In this document: one piece after another, positions 47,054 through 58,732 of the stretch | Numbering within the stretch: position 1 is the stretch's first letter | Layout: each line of letters begins with the position of its first letter | Assembly (NCBI GenBank): GCA_943704415.1 | Contig: CALSCO010001648.1 | Span: 1-58,732 of the forward strand | From: Parvularia atlantis | Lineage: Eukaryota | Reading direction: 5' to 3' | Length of the DNA: 58,732 bases | Position numbers and translations under genes: made by a program | The notes under the pieces: model-generated | Database searches by the model: none | The model's input: the letters and a program-made list of their open reading frames with translations, nothing else | Told to the model about the DNA's origin: nothing

Positions 47054-48330
47054 ATGCTCCACGTGACGCGCACTGTGGGACGGCGCTTCCTCGCCTCGTC
47101 CGCCTCGTCCGCCTCGTCCGCGGCGGCGTTCGCCTCGACTGCGGCGTCGGTGCGCCCTTCTTGCAGCAGCCGCGCCGTCCGCAGGCCCACACGCACGCAC
47201 GCACGCGCGCAGATCGGCTTCATCGGCCTCGGCAACATGGGCGCCCACATGGCCCGCAACCTGCTCAAGGACGGCCACCGCCTCGCCGTCTACGACCTGA
47301 GCGCGGGCGCGGTGCAGCTGCTGCAGCGGGCCGGTGCGACCGCTGCCGGTGCGTCTGCGTGCGCACGCGCTGCCGTCGTGGCGCGCCTGATCTCTGCGCT
47401 TGCGGGCGCGCGCGCCGCAGAGTCGCCCAAGGCGCTCGCGGCCTCGGCGGACGTGGTCATAACCATGCTCCCCTCCTCGCCACACGTGCAGGACATCTAC
47501 GGCCACCTTATCCCCGCCGCCCGCGCCGGCGCCCTCCTCGTCGACTGCTCGACCATCGACCCGGCCGTCTCACGCGCGCTCGCCAAGCAAGCGGCCGACC
47601 GCGGGCTCGCCGCCGTCGACGCGCCTGTCTCGGGCGGCGTGGGCGGCGCCGAGGCCGGCACGCTCACGTTCATGGTCGGCGGGCCGGATGCGGCCTTCGA
47701 GCGCGCCAAGCCGGTGCTGCAGCGCATGGGCAAGAACATCGTGCACTGCGGCGCGAGCGGCAACGGCCAGGTGCGCACAGGGGACCGCGCCGCAGCAGGG
47801 CTTCGCACCCAATGCACACACACACACACACACACGCGCGCGCGCGCACCGTCCCAGGTCGCCAAGATCTGCAACAACATGCTCCTCGGCATCACCATGA
47901 TCGGCACGGCCGAGGCGATGAACCTGGGCGTGCGCATGGGCATGGACCCGAAGCAGCTCGCCGCGATCATCAACACGTCGTCCGGCCGCAACTGGTCGTG
48001 CGACACGTACAACCCCTGCCCGGGCGTGATGCCCAACGTGCCGGCCTCGCGCGGCTACACGGTGCGGGCGCGCGTGCGGGTTGGCCGCCCGCGGGCGGCA
48101 GCGTCTCACGCGCGCGGCCGCAGGGCGGCTTTGGCTCTGCGCTGATGTGCAAGGACCTTGGCCTGGCGAGCGCGGCCGCGAGCGGGTCGTCGTCGGCGGT
48201 GCACCTGGGCAAGCTCGCGCACGAGGTGTACGAGCGCATGCTCGCGGCGGGGTACGCCGGCAAGGACTTTTCGGCTGTGTACGAGTGGCTGAGCCAGCAC
48301 TCGGGCGGCGATGCGGCGAAGAAGGCGTGA
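47054..48330 (+). CDS. HIBADH: Mitochondrial 3-hydroxyisobutyrate dehydrogenase
   Basis: Presequence, IGFIGLGNMGAHMARNL, VITMLP, DCSTIDP, DAPVSGGVGGAEAGTLTFMVGG, AKICNNMLLGI, SSGRNWSCDTYNPCPG and GKDFSAVY. Confidence 0.97.
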
Positions 48331-48431
48331 GCGCGTGTGCTGTGTGTGTGTGTGTATGTGTGTGTGTGTGTGCTGGGTCAACTGGGTGGGCGTCGATGGT
48401 CTTGCCCAGTTGCCACTTGCCACTCGCCGCG

Positions 48432-50331
48432 ATGGACCTCAACGACGCGCTCGACGACCTGTGCACGTACGCCGCGCAACCCCGCACCCCGCACGCGCCC
48501 GCTGCGCCTCACGCCGCTCCGCAGGCGGTTCCTCGTCAACCTGCCGGCGACGCAGCTGGCGTCGGTCGAGGCGGTGGGCACCGAGATCGAGTTTGCGCAC
48601 TGGTTGCGCGGCTGCTGGCTGTGCCGAGCGGTGCCGCTGACCCCACGGAACGCGCGCAGGTTCTACGAGGACCACCACCGCAAGGCCAACCCGCACCTGC
48701 CGCGCCTGCGCCTGGGCCACTTTTTCGAGTGCAGTGCGTGCCGTGCTCGTGCTCGTGTGCTCGTGGCTCGTGTGCTCGTGGCTCGTGTGCTCGTTCTCGT
48801 GTGCTTGTGCCTGTGCTCTTGGCTCGTTGTCGTGCGCACACCACTCGCTCGCACCACTCGCTCGCTCACACCATCCCCCACTCGCTCACACCACCCACTC
48901 GCTCACACCGCACGCACTCACCGCACACCGCACACTCAGTCCTGCCGCGCTGCCCCACGCTGCGCCACCTCGCCCCCAAAGCGCGCGAGCTGGCCACGGC
49001 CTACAACAGCTACAAGCAGACCATCCCGACCTACGGCGCCGCCCTGCTCTCGCCCGACCGCACCAAGGTCCTCCTCGTCACCGGCCACTCGAAGCAGTGG
49101 GTCTTCCCCGGCGGCAAGGTCAACCTGGGCGAGACCGAGGTCGAGTGCGCCGTGCGCGAGGTCCGCGAGGAGGTCGGCATCGACATTGACGGCCGCGTCC
49201 ACGAGGTGCGTGATGGCCGTCTGCCGTACCTGCTCGCCCTGGCCTCACGACACGCACGCCACGCACGCGCCGCGCACACCACGCCACACGCACCACAATC
49301 AACAGCACCTCTTCATCGACGTCAACGACGGACGCGACTCGACAAAGCCGCGCCGGCGCATCTTCATCGTGACCGACGTCAGCGTCGACACGGGCGTGAT
49401 CACGCTCACAATGGACGAGATCACCGTGCGCGCCGCCGCCCGCACCGCGCGCGCACACGACTGCTCAACCGGCACGCATCCGCACAGGACATCCAGTGGC
49501 ACTACATCGACAACCCGGCCGCGTTCAGCCACCCGACGTACGAGTATGTCGCGACGGCGCTGCAGTGCGTGCACCGGCCCCGCCGACACGCACGGCTCAC
49601 CGCACCGCGCAAACAGCGCGCTGTACAACTGGGTGCAGACGGGGCGCCTGCCGACGCCCATCCCGCTCCCGTCCAACGCCACGGCCCGGCACAAGCCGCT
49701 GCACGCCGCGCCCGCGCACAAGGACGCGCGCGTGATCAAGTTCCAGCCGGCGCAGGTCGTTGTCGAGGCCGCGCCCGGTGGAGCACCAGTCAGCAGCGCA
49801 TCGCCGCGCGCACCACGCACGCGCAACGTCGCATCCACCGGCGCGGCAACGCGGCGCAAGCAGCCCGAGCCCGCGCGCGAGCCACTCGCACCGCTCGACC
49901 CGGCGCCACCCAGGCAGACCCTGCCGCCCGCCGCCAGCACGGCGGTGAACGCCACGGTCGACAGCCTGCTGCAGGATATCAGCCGCGCGCAGGCCAAGCT
50001 GCAGGAGCTGCTGCTCGCGCCCACGCCTGCGCTCGCGCCGCCGCCGCGCCTCACAGTCTCCGTCTCGGGCTTCCCTGCCGCGATCACGGTCAAGCCGCTG
50101 GCGACCGTCGTCGCCTTCCCCGGGCCGGGTCGGGCGCGCACGCAGCCGTCGGGCGCACGGCCAGCACCACGCGCCTCCGGGCCGTCGCCGCAGCGCTCGC
50201 CGCAGCAGCCAGGGCGCCGTGGGGGCGATGCGGCGCCGACCCAACCGCAGCTGGTGCCGGGCGTGGGCGCTGCGGGGCCCCGGGCAGCGTCGGTGCGGAG
50301 CGGGCGGCGCGTGCCGGCACAACAGCAGTGA
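48432..50331 (+). CDS. DCP2: mRNA decapping enzyme Dcp2 (Box A + Nudix + disordered tail)
   Basis: LDDLCT|RFLVNLP..IEFAHW|FYED, YKQTIPTYGAALL and Nudix box FPGGKVNLGETEVECAVREVREEVG. Confidence 0.9.
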
Positions 50332-50454
50332 CTGGGACGCGGGCGCTTGTTGCTCCGGCTTGTTGAGCAATCAAGTTTAACACACAAGTACGTGTGCCCG
50401 GCCTCTTCGTACGGTACTTTGCGGAGCAGTAGAATTCAGGTACTCCTAACACAT

Positions 50455-51127
50455 ATGAAAAACAACTTGAAGCCAGGAAGCAAAGAGGCAAAAAGACAGC
50501 ACATGAACTCGGAAGAGAAATTGACGAAACAGAAAGCTGCGAACTGCCGCTGAGGTGTGCCGCTCGCTGCTCAAGAGGACAGTCCCGCTGGGCGTGGGCT
50601 ACTCCAGCCCGCTTTTCTTGCGCGCGACAACAAGCCTCGCGACGGCGTGTACTCGGACGTGTCACGTCGCCTAATGAGCAAGCACGGCAGCGCGGACGGA
50701 CGCGGCCGCCTCGGTCGCAACGAGCAGGGCCTGGGTGAGCCAATTAAGGTCGAGGCACTGCGAGGCCGTGCAGGCGTTGGTGCTTCAGGAGATGGCAAGG
50801 CACGCACCGTCGACTTCTTTGAGCGAACTCAACCAGCAAGCATTGGTGCGTGTACGCCTGCATGCACATCTCTGCTGACCGTGTTGGGCTGCAGAACTCA
50901 ACAAGCGCCGCCGCTCGTCGGAGGACGTGAGGCAGAACGGTCACGACGATGCGCTGGTGCCGAGTGACGCCAGCAACGCAGACAAGCTTGTAGCTTCGCC
51001 AACACCGCAAGACCCTCCGTTGAAGCGCGCACGTTTTGACGGTCTTAACTCAGGCATAGCCGCAGCTACCGTGCAGGCTGCAGATGTCCCGACAGAGGCC
51101 GAGAACGCGGCATCGAAGGCCGCCTAG
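50455..51127 (+). CDS. Small G-patch-domain ORF (one in-frame TGA upstream of the G-patch; possible pseudogene)
   Basis: YSDVSRRLMSKHGSADGRGRLGRNEQGLGEPIKVEALRGRAGVG is a G-patch. Canonical intron at about 50847-50894 and TAG at 51125-51127. The frame from ATG 50455 is interrupted by TGA 50551-50553. Confidence 0.5.
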
Positions 51128-51201
51128 TTCCGGTCAGCATCTGTGTCTTTCCGTCTACGTATGCATCCCCTGTGTTGTCATTTTCACCACCAGCAGAAGA
51201 G

Positions 51202-52779
51202 ATGGACCATTGCCTCGCGATCGCGGCCGCCGTGGCCTTGCGCGCGGCCGTGGTCGCCGTCCTGCCGCCGGCGTCGTCGCCGTGGTGGATCGCGCCCGAG
51301 ACGAGTGCGGTGGCAGCACGGGAGGCCGTGCATCTGGCGGGGCGCGGCGCGGCGGTGTACGCGGCGGGGCGGGCGGGCGCGTGGCATCAGGTGCGTCGTT
51401 GCCGTCCGTCGGCCGTCCCGTCCACTCGTCCTGCTGATCGCGCACCACACGCACGCAAGCCGCCCATCGTCCTCGTCGCGCTCGCCGCCGTCCCCGCGCC
51501 GCTCCACGTGCCGCTCGCGCTCGCCCTCGACCTGGCCGCGGCGCTGCTGCTGCGGCGCATCGCCGTCCGCGTGCACCGCGCCCTGCCACCCGCCGCCGTG
51601 CCGCCGCTGTCGCCCACGGGCGTCGCCGTGCTGCACCTGCTCAACCCGCTCGGCATCGCCGCCGCCGGCGCGTCGATGGCCCTGGCGCCGCTGCCGGCGG
51701 TCGCGCTGCTGGCGGCGCTGGCGCTCGGCCTGGACGGTGCGCCTTCGTGATCGATGCTGCTGGGCACACGCACACCGCTCAAGCCGCACACGCACCAGGA
51801 CAAGACACCCTCAGCGCAGCACACCTCGCCCTCGCCGCGCACCTCGCGCTCTACCCGGCCACGCTCCTCCCGCCCCTCGTCGCCCTCGTCGTCGCGCGCG
51901 CGCCGCCCGATCGCCGCCTCGCCCACGCCGCCCGCTACGTCGCCCTCGCCATTGCCGTCTTCGCCGCGCTGCTCGCCGCGTCGCGCACGCTTGCCGGCTC
52001 GTGGGACTTTGTCGACGCGACCTACGGCTTCCTGTGCGCCTGCCGGCCCGCCGTCGCCGTCGCGCGCCGCGCAACGTACTCACTCGTTCTCTCGCCCGCC
52101 AGCCTCGCCATGCCCGACCTTGCACCCAACATTGGCCTGTTCTGGTACTTCTTCATTGAGGTCTTCGCCGTCTTCCGCGGCTTCTTCCTCGCCGTGTTCC
52201 AGCTGCACGTGTTCCTCTACGCTCTGCCGGTCACCTGGGCGCTCAGGTGCGCACGCGGCCGCGCCGTCGCACGCGGGCGGTGCCCAACCCTCGCGCCGCG
52301 CCGTTGCAGCGACCAGCCGGTGCTCGCCGCCGCTGTGCTGCTCGGCGTCGTCGCGCTCTGCAAGCCCTACACCGGCGTGGCCGACTCGGTCCTCTTCTTC
52401 AGCCTCGTGGCCGTGCACTCGCAGACGTTCCGCTGTGCGTGCGCATGGACGGCATAGATGCTGCGGGCGCTCACTGCGCAGTCTGCAGACATGCGCTACA
52501 GCTTTGTCGTCGGCAACCTGCTGCTGTACGCGCTGCTGCTCGGCGCGGCCTTCTACCAGCTGTGGACGATCGAGGGTGCGCGCGCACGCCCCTTGCCCGC
52601 CCGCACCGCTCACGCACCGCGGGCCAGGCTCGGGCAACGTCAACTTCTTCTACGCCGCGACGCTACTGTACGGGTTTGCGCACGTCCTGGCCGTGGTCGA
52701 CCTGCTGTATGCGCACCTGCGGCTCAAATTTGGCCAGGCGCACCCGGAGCACGTCGGCAAGCGCTTGGTCATGAGCTAG
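51202..52779 (+). CDS. PIGU: GPI transamidase subunit PIG-U/Gab1
   Basis: Polytopic hydrophobic protein with HQ|PP, LLNP, PDLAPNIGLFWYFFIEVFAVFRGFF, LCKPY and LW.IEG|SGNVNFFYAATL. Confidence 0.92.
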
Positions 52780-52837
52780 CGATCTGCTTTCTGTCTCGCG
52801 CACTGCGCTGGCCACAGCACACTCTATAGCCTGCTCG

Positions 52838-55275
52838 TCAGACCAGGTCCGCGTAGGCGGGCCGCATGGCGTACATCCCGCTGAGTGCGCGCTGCGTGTC
52901 GATCGCGACCGAAAAGTCGTAGCTGCGCGTGCGCGCGACACGTCAGCCAGGCGTCGTGGCAGGCCAGCCTTGGGTCGCGCACGCACACTGGCCGCACGGT
53001 GTAGAGGATCGGGTGGGCCAGGTACGGCGGCAGCGCACCGGCGGGCGCCGACGCCGCGCCTGCCGTCTCGGCCTTGGCCGCCGGAGACGCCTTGCCGGCC
53101 GCGGCCTTGTCCTTGCCCTTGCCCTCCTTGGCCGGCTTGTCCTTGTCCTTGCTCTCCTTGCCCTTGGCGTCCTTGGCCGCGCCCTCCTTGGCTGAATGCG
53201 CAGAGCCGGTGAGCACGGTGCGTCGCCTGCCGTGCGCGCGCACCGTCCGTCGTCTTGGTCACGCCGCTGAGCGTCGACATGGCCTTGAGCTTGCCGTCGG
53301 GCACGGTGATGAGCACGAGCGACCCAGACGCGAGCAGGCTGTCGCAGATGTAGAAGCCGCGCCGCTCGAGCTGGATAAAGTCGCCCTTCTTGAGCGTTCC
53401 GAGGTTGTTGTCGACCACGACCTCGGTCTGCGCGCGGCGGTCAGGCCAGCTGCCGCACCCCGAGAGTACGCGCGCACCCTGAACTCGGTCTGCTCGTTGA
53501 GAAAGTCCTGGAAGTTGTCCTCGTCCTCAATCTTCTTCTTCGTGATCAGGAAGTCGTAGTCCATGAGCGTCGCCGGCAGCAGGTTGCCCTCCCTGCGCGC
53601 CCGCGCGCGTCATCGGCCCGCCCGGGCACACGGCCGGCCGCTGCGCACTTGGCCAGCCACGTAAGCTTCTTCTTCGTCTTTTTGAAGTCGCCCTCGAGGT
53701 GCAGCTCGCCCTCGACCGACACAACCTTGCCGCTCGTGTCGCGGTTGATCTTGCGCGCGATCGCGTTGCCCCAGTCCATCAGCGTGACCTGCGCGCGGCG
53801 CGGCTGAGTAGGGGACCGCAGGGCGCACAGCGAGCGCGCGCGTGCACCTCCTCATCCACCTCCAGCTCGTTCGCGTCGTCGCTGTCGATGAGCACGTTGC
53901 GCGAGAACCACGTCGTCTTGAGGCCGACGTCCGGGTTCTTCTTGTGCTTGGGCAGCTCGGACGAGTACGGCTTGTCCGGGCCGTTGACGAGCGTCCAGGG
54001 CACGCTGCGCGGCGGCGTCAGATGACAAACGCGCAAAGCGTGCACGCTGTACGCGCGTACGCCGCGGCGACGGCCGTGTGGCGCGGCGCGATCGGGTCGA
54101 GGGCCTTGCGGTTGAGCTGCGTCGTTGCCGTCAGACGCCCCTGCACCGCGACCAAACCGCGCCAGTCGCACCGCCCAGAACTTGTCCCACTCGAGGTTGA
54201 GCGCGTTCTTGGACGCGCCCTGCAGCAGGATGTACTCTTTGAGCGACTCGACCGTCATGCCTCTCCGTAGCACGCCTATGCGCGCACGTGTCAGCCGCGG
54301 GCGTGTGTGCGCCGCGGAGCGAGCGCACCGCGGATGGTCGGGAAGCGCGGGTCATCCCACCCGGTCACGCGCTTGTTGTCGACAAACCACGTCAGCTTGC
54401 GCTTGGACAGGAGCGTGTAGACAAAGTTGACGCGGCTGTAGTCCCAGATGTGGACCTTGCGCAGGTTGAGCGCGTCGATGAACCACTTGAACTGGTCGTT
54501 GCGGTCGTGGTACTCGTCCGTGCGCAGCGCGTGCGTCACGCCCTCGAGGCTGTCGACGACAGGGCAGGCAAAGTCGTACGTCGGGTACACCTTGAACTTG
54601 GTGCTGGCGGATCGCACGGCCGTCAGCCACAGCCCGCCGGAGTGCTGCGGTGCGCCCAACGCACCCGGTGCGCGCGTGCGGCACGTCGTTGCAGCGGTAC
54701 ATGACAGGGTCGCGCAGCGCCTTGTTCTTGGCGTCGACCGACATCTTGGCGCGCAAGCAGCACGTCTTGCCCTGCAGGGAGCGTGTGAGCGGCAGCGCGC
54801 AGCACTCACGCTGCCGCACGCACAAACTCGGTCCCGTCGATCATCTCCTGGAACCGGCGCGCGTTCTCCTCGACCGAGTTGTTGCGGTTCTTCGACTCGA
54901 CGCCGTCCATGCGCTGCGCGCGCATCTCCTCCTTGGGCGTGTCGTCGACGTAGGCCTTGCCCTCGCGCAAGAGCTTCCAGGCGAGCTCGAGCAGCTTGTC
55001 GAACCAGTCCGAGGTGTAGGTAATCTGGTCCGGCTTGATCTTGAGCATGGCGATGTCTTCGAGGATCGCGTGTTCGTACTCCTCCTGTGCATCGCCCGTG
55101 AGCGCCCAGACGGGCAGCAGCTCCGCCGCGCACCTTTTCCTTGGATGGGTTGGTGTCATCAAAGCGCACGATCAGCTGTGTGCACGCGCGGTAAGCAGAA
55201 ACACGCGAGCGGCGGGCGAGCGAGCGACGGCACCTTGCCCTCGTACGTGCGCGCAAAGTACTCGTTCAGCAGCGC

Positions 55276-55306
<31 letters not shown>

Positions 55307-56250
55307 GACGGCTCGGGCGGGAAGCGCGTGACGACCTTTGTCGGTGCGTGAGGCGTGCGGTCGGCGGGCGCCAGCGCGTCGCACACCTTGCCCTTCTCGG
55401 CGCCGACAAGGCCGATGTCGAACGAGCCCGACTCAGACTTCTTGCGTGCCTGCGCGGGGGCGCAGCGTGTCAGGGCAGGGCGATGCAGCACGGCGCACGC
55501 CGCGCACGCGCACCGCCTCTTTCTCGGCCGCGACGAGCGATGCGACCGTGCTCGCGGCCTCCTTGTAGCAATCGTGCGACTCGATGAAGCTGAGCCAGCG
55601 CATGACGTGCGCGTACTTGTCCTCGTTGCCGGCCGTCTGCGCGATCTTCTTGAAGATGGGCGAGCCTGCGGCGGCCGCGGGTTGGCCGTGTGCACGGAAG
55701 GGGGGAGGACAGCGCAATGGACGACGTGCCTCGCAGCGCGTCGGCGACGGCGAGGTCGGCCACGGTGAGCGCGTAGCCGACGATGTACGTGCGCATCTTG
55801 AGCCACTCGTTCAGCCGCGTGAGGCCGGCCGTGACCAGGGCAAAGTCGCCGCCGACAAAGGTCTTGATGGCGACGTCGATGGCCATGTGCTCGACCTGGG
55901 CGCGCCGCGCCTGAGTGGGCCCCCACACCCCGGCCGCGCGGCGCGCACGTACCAGGGACGCGCCCTGCGGGTCGGCCAGGCCCGCGCCGTCGAGGTGGTG
56001 CGCGGGCGCGAGGCGCGCGACGTGCAGCGCGGCGTCGTAGGCGCTCGTTGTGGGCACGACCGCGCCGTCTTTGCGGAACTCGATGCCGCCGCCGGCGCCC
56101 CAGGCGACGTGCACGCCGACGGTGGGCCGGACGGCGATCGATGTGGCGAGCGGCACTGCGGCGCGGCGTGCGCGGTGGTCGGCGACCGTGGGGCGGGGCA
56201 CGGCGCGCACCTGTTACGCCACGCGCAGACGGCGAGAGCACCAGCGCCAT
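52838..56250 (-). CDS. GUS1: Cytosolic glutamyl-tRNA synthetase, stand-alone, with N-terminal GST-like domain
   Basis: [71 protein letters not shown] and IQLERRGFY. The spliced tail ends ..[12 protein letters not shown] at 52838. Confidence 0.95.
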
Positions 56251-56491
56251 GGCTCGGTGACAGCAGGCCAAACTGCGTGCGTCCCGCAAGCCGTCGAAGT
56301 CACGGCCGGTGACGTCAGCAGCGATCTTGCTCTTAAAGCGAGGTGCAGCGCGGCATTTTTCCTCGCAGACCGCGCCCCGACCTCTCGCCGCCGCCCGCCC
56401 AGCACCCTGCTTACGCGAGCCGCACGCAGCAGCACACGCAACAGCCCACGCAGCAGCCCACGCAGCAGCACGCACACACCAACCCGCCAAG

Positions 56492-57007
56492 ATGGTGCAC
56501 CAGGTGAGCCGCGCGCCGTTCGCACGCCCCTTCGCTGACACACGCCCCCGCGCCGCGGCCGCCTTGTCAGGTCACGTCGGACGCCGAGTTCAAGCAGGCC
56601 ATCGGCGCCTCGAAGCTGGTGCGTGCCGCGCGCCGCGCGCGCTTTTGTGCCGGGCCCGCAACGGCGCCGTGCGCCGCGCAGACCGTCGTTGACTTTCACG
56701 CGACGTGGTGTGGCCCGTGCAAGGTGATCTCGCCCTACGTCGACGAGCTCTCGACACAGTTTGGCGACGTCCAGTTCATCAAGGTCGACGTCGACGAGCT
56801 CGAGGTGCGCGCGCTGCCGCGGCCCGCGCGGGCGGGGTGCTTGTCAAGCAGGCTGTGTGGCTGACAAACCAACCGCAGAACGTCGCGGCCGAGTGCGGCA
56901 TCACGGCGATGCCCACGTTCCAGTTCTTCCGGAACGGCAAGAAGGTGTTTGAGTTCCGCGGCGCCAACAAGCAGGCGCTGCTCGAGGGCGTGCAGAAGCA
57001 CAAGTGA
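56492..57007 (+). CDS. TRX1: Cytosolic thioredoxin (3 introns)
   Basis: [11 protein letters not shown]..|[45 protein letters not shown]. Confidence 0.97.
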
Positions 57008-57228
57008 GGCGCCGTCCCCGCCGTGCCGTGCCGCGCGCGGGCGCCGTCGCTGGCCGTGTGTCTCTCCGCGCGCACCTGCCGCCTCTTCTCCCCGTTCGTG
57101 TGTGTGTGACTTGCTGGGTCTCAGGTGCCAAAGCGGCCGCGTGTGCACGGGCGCAAAACCAGCCACGCGACGGTGATGCCGGCGAACCCTGTGCGCTGCA
57201 CTTTGCTGCACCCGGTCAGTCGTCGCCA

Positions 57229-58470
57229 ATGGCCCCGCCCGTCACCCGCTACGCCACGCGCCTCGCCGCCGCCGGCGTCGTCGTCACCCTCGCCGCCGGC
57301 GTCTGGGCCGCGCGTCGCCACGACCGCGCGCTGCGCACGAGCTACCCGACCGGCGACTTTGGCACGCCGCCGCCCGAACTGGTCAGTCTCGCCGCGCGCC
57401 TGTGCTCGCTGCGCCGTGCTGACACGCACACACGCGCGTCCTCCTCACCGGCGCGCAGACGACCTGGGAGCGCGCGCTCGTGCACCTGCTGCGCGCCCTG
57501 CCCAACCGCGCCATGTCGCGCGTGGCCGGCGCCGTGGCCGACATCGAGCTGCCGCGGGTGCTGCGCCACCCGGTGTACAGCGCGTGGATGCGCGTCGTCG
57601 GCGCCGACCGCGATGAGATGGCCGAGCCCGACCTGGCCAAGTACCGCACGCTGGGCGAGCTCTTCGTGCGCCGCCTGCGGGATGACGCACGCCCGATCGA
57701 CCCGGACCCGGACGTGCTCGTGCGTCGCGACTGCACGCCTGCACGCCACCGCGCGCGCGCGCGCGCGTAACTCACGCGCTGGCCGCGGCGCGCGCCAGGT
57801 GAGCCCCGTCGACGGGCAGATCGTCGCGTGCGGGCCCGTGCGCGCGCGCCACGTCGACCAGGTCAAGGGCGCGACGTACGACCTGCTCGCGTTCCTGGGC
57901 GAGCCGGACGCGGGCAGCACGGTGGCCGAGCTGCTGCAGGACGTGGTGGAGGACGCGCTCGAGGCCGACGCCGACGTCGCCGCGGCCGCGGCCACCGAGA
58001 GCGACGGCGGCCCGGCGCGGCTGTACTCGTGCGTGATCTACCTGTCGCCGCGCGACTACCACCGGTTCCACGCACCGACCGAGCTGACGATCGAGACCGT
58101 GCGGCACTTTTGCGGTGCGCGTGGTGCTAGCGAGTGCGTGCCCCATCCGGCCAAGCGCTGATGTGCGCCGTGTGGTGCGCGCAGCCGAGCTGCTGTCGGT
58201 GCACCCGGGCGTGACGCGGATGGTGCGCAACCTGTTTGTCTACAACGAGCGCTCGGTGCTGCTGGGGCGTTGGCAGCACGGCTTCTTCGCCTTTGCGGCG
58301 GTGGGCGCGACCAACGTGGGCTCGATCGTCCTGGCGGGGCCCCTGGCAACGGCGACTGAGGCGATCGAGACGGCGCCTGCCAAGCACGCGGTGCGTCGTC
58401 GGTTGCGATCACCTGTCTGATCGGTGGTGGGGTGGGGGACCTGGGCTTCGCGCTGTTTGTTTGCTTTTGA
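57229..58470 (+). CDS. PSD1: Mitochondrial-type phosphatidylserine decarboxylase PSD1 (3' incomplete or garbled)
   Basis: [64 protein letters not shown] and VGATNVGSI. The LGST self-cleavage exon is not cleanly present. Confidence 0.88.
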
Positions 58471-58732
58471 CAAGCGTCTCGGGTTGCGGCGCCGGGGGGG
58501 GCAGTTGGGAGGCGCGCGGGGCTCGTGGTCCTATTGCATCAGTGCTCGCGCTGCTGCCGCCTGGCCTTTCTCGCTGCTCGCGGGCTGCTCGCGGGCTGTG
58601 CGCGCGGGTGACGCCGCTCGGTTGGGGCGCGGCGGCGGCGCGGCGTTGGGGCGGCGGGCGCGCGGCACGCAGCCGCATGGGAACGGTCGAAATGAGCCCG
58701 TTGCTAGGACGGGAAAAAACACGGCGCCCTCC

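Overview
GC-rich, extremely gene-dense eukaryotic genomic DNA, probably a whole small contig with ragged ends. Genes are broken by many short (about 45-100 nt) spliceosomal introns with GTGCGC-type donors, CTGAC/CTCAC branch points and YAG acceptors, so the six-frame ORF track mostly shows exon fragments and GC-rich shadow ORFs. By manual splicing I find about 24 protein-coding loci: Sds3/BRMS1-like, DMC1, RAB3GAP1, TRMO, a tandem-START tail-anchored protein, a metallophosphoesterase, eRF3/Sup35, a tandem RasGEF, NSA2, an Ssr4-like SWI/SNF subunit, Rrg9/neugrin, a tandem-PH protein, two head-to-head prominins, TRM82/WDR4, ELP3, BBLN/UPF0184, HIBADH, DCP2, a G-patch ORF, PIG-U, cytosolic GluRS, thioredoxin and a partial PSD1. 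There is also one decayed LINE remnant. The mix of fungal-type genes (Ssr4, Rrg9, unfused GluRS) and animal-type genes (prominin, BBLN, RAB3GAP1, SOS-like GEF) suggests a unicellular opisthokont, possibly a nucleariid/early Holomycota; this is inference. Most notable: (1) a double REM-CDC25 RasGEF whose C-terminus looks like a complete, catalytically altered prokaryotic DUF3782-type PD-(D/E)XK protein; (2) very short gene spacings (4 nt stop-to-ATG; 15 and 26 nt between divergent ATGs), implying polycistronic or overlapping transcription; (3) frequent GC-AG introns; (4) an inverted prominin pair with one N-truncated, diverged copy. All family calls come from recognising motifs by eye; no database search was run.
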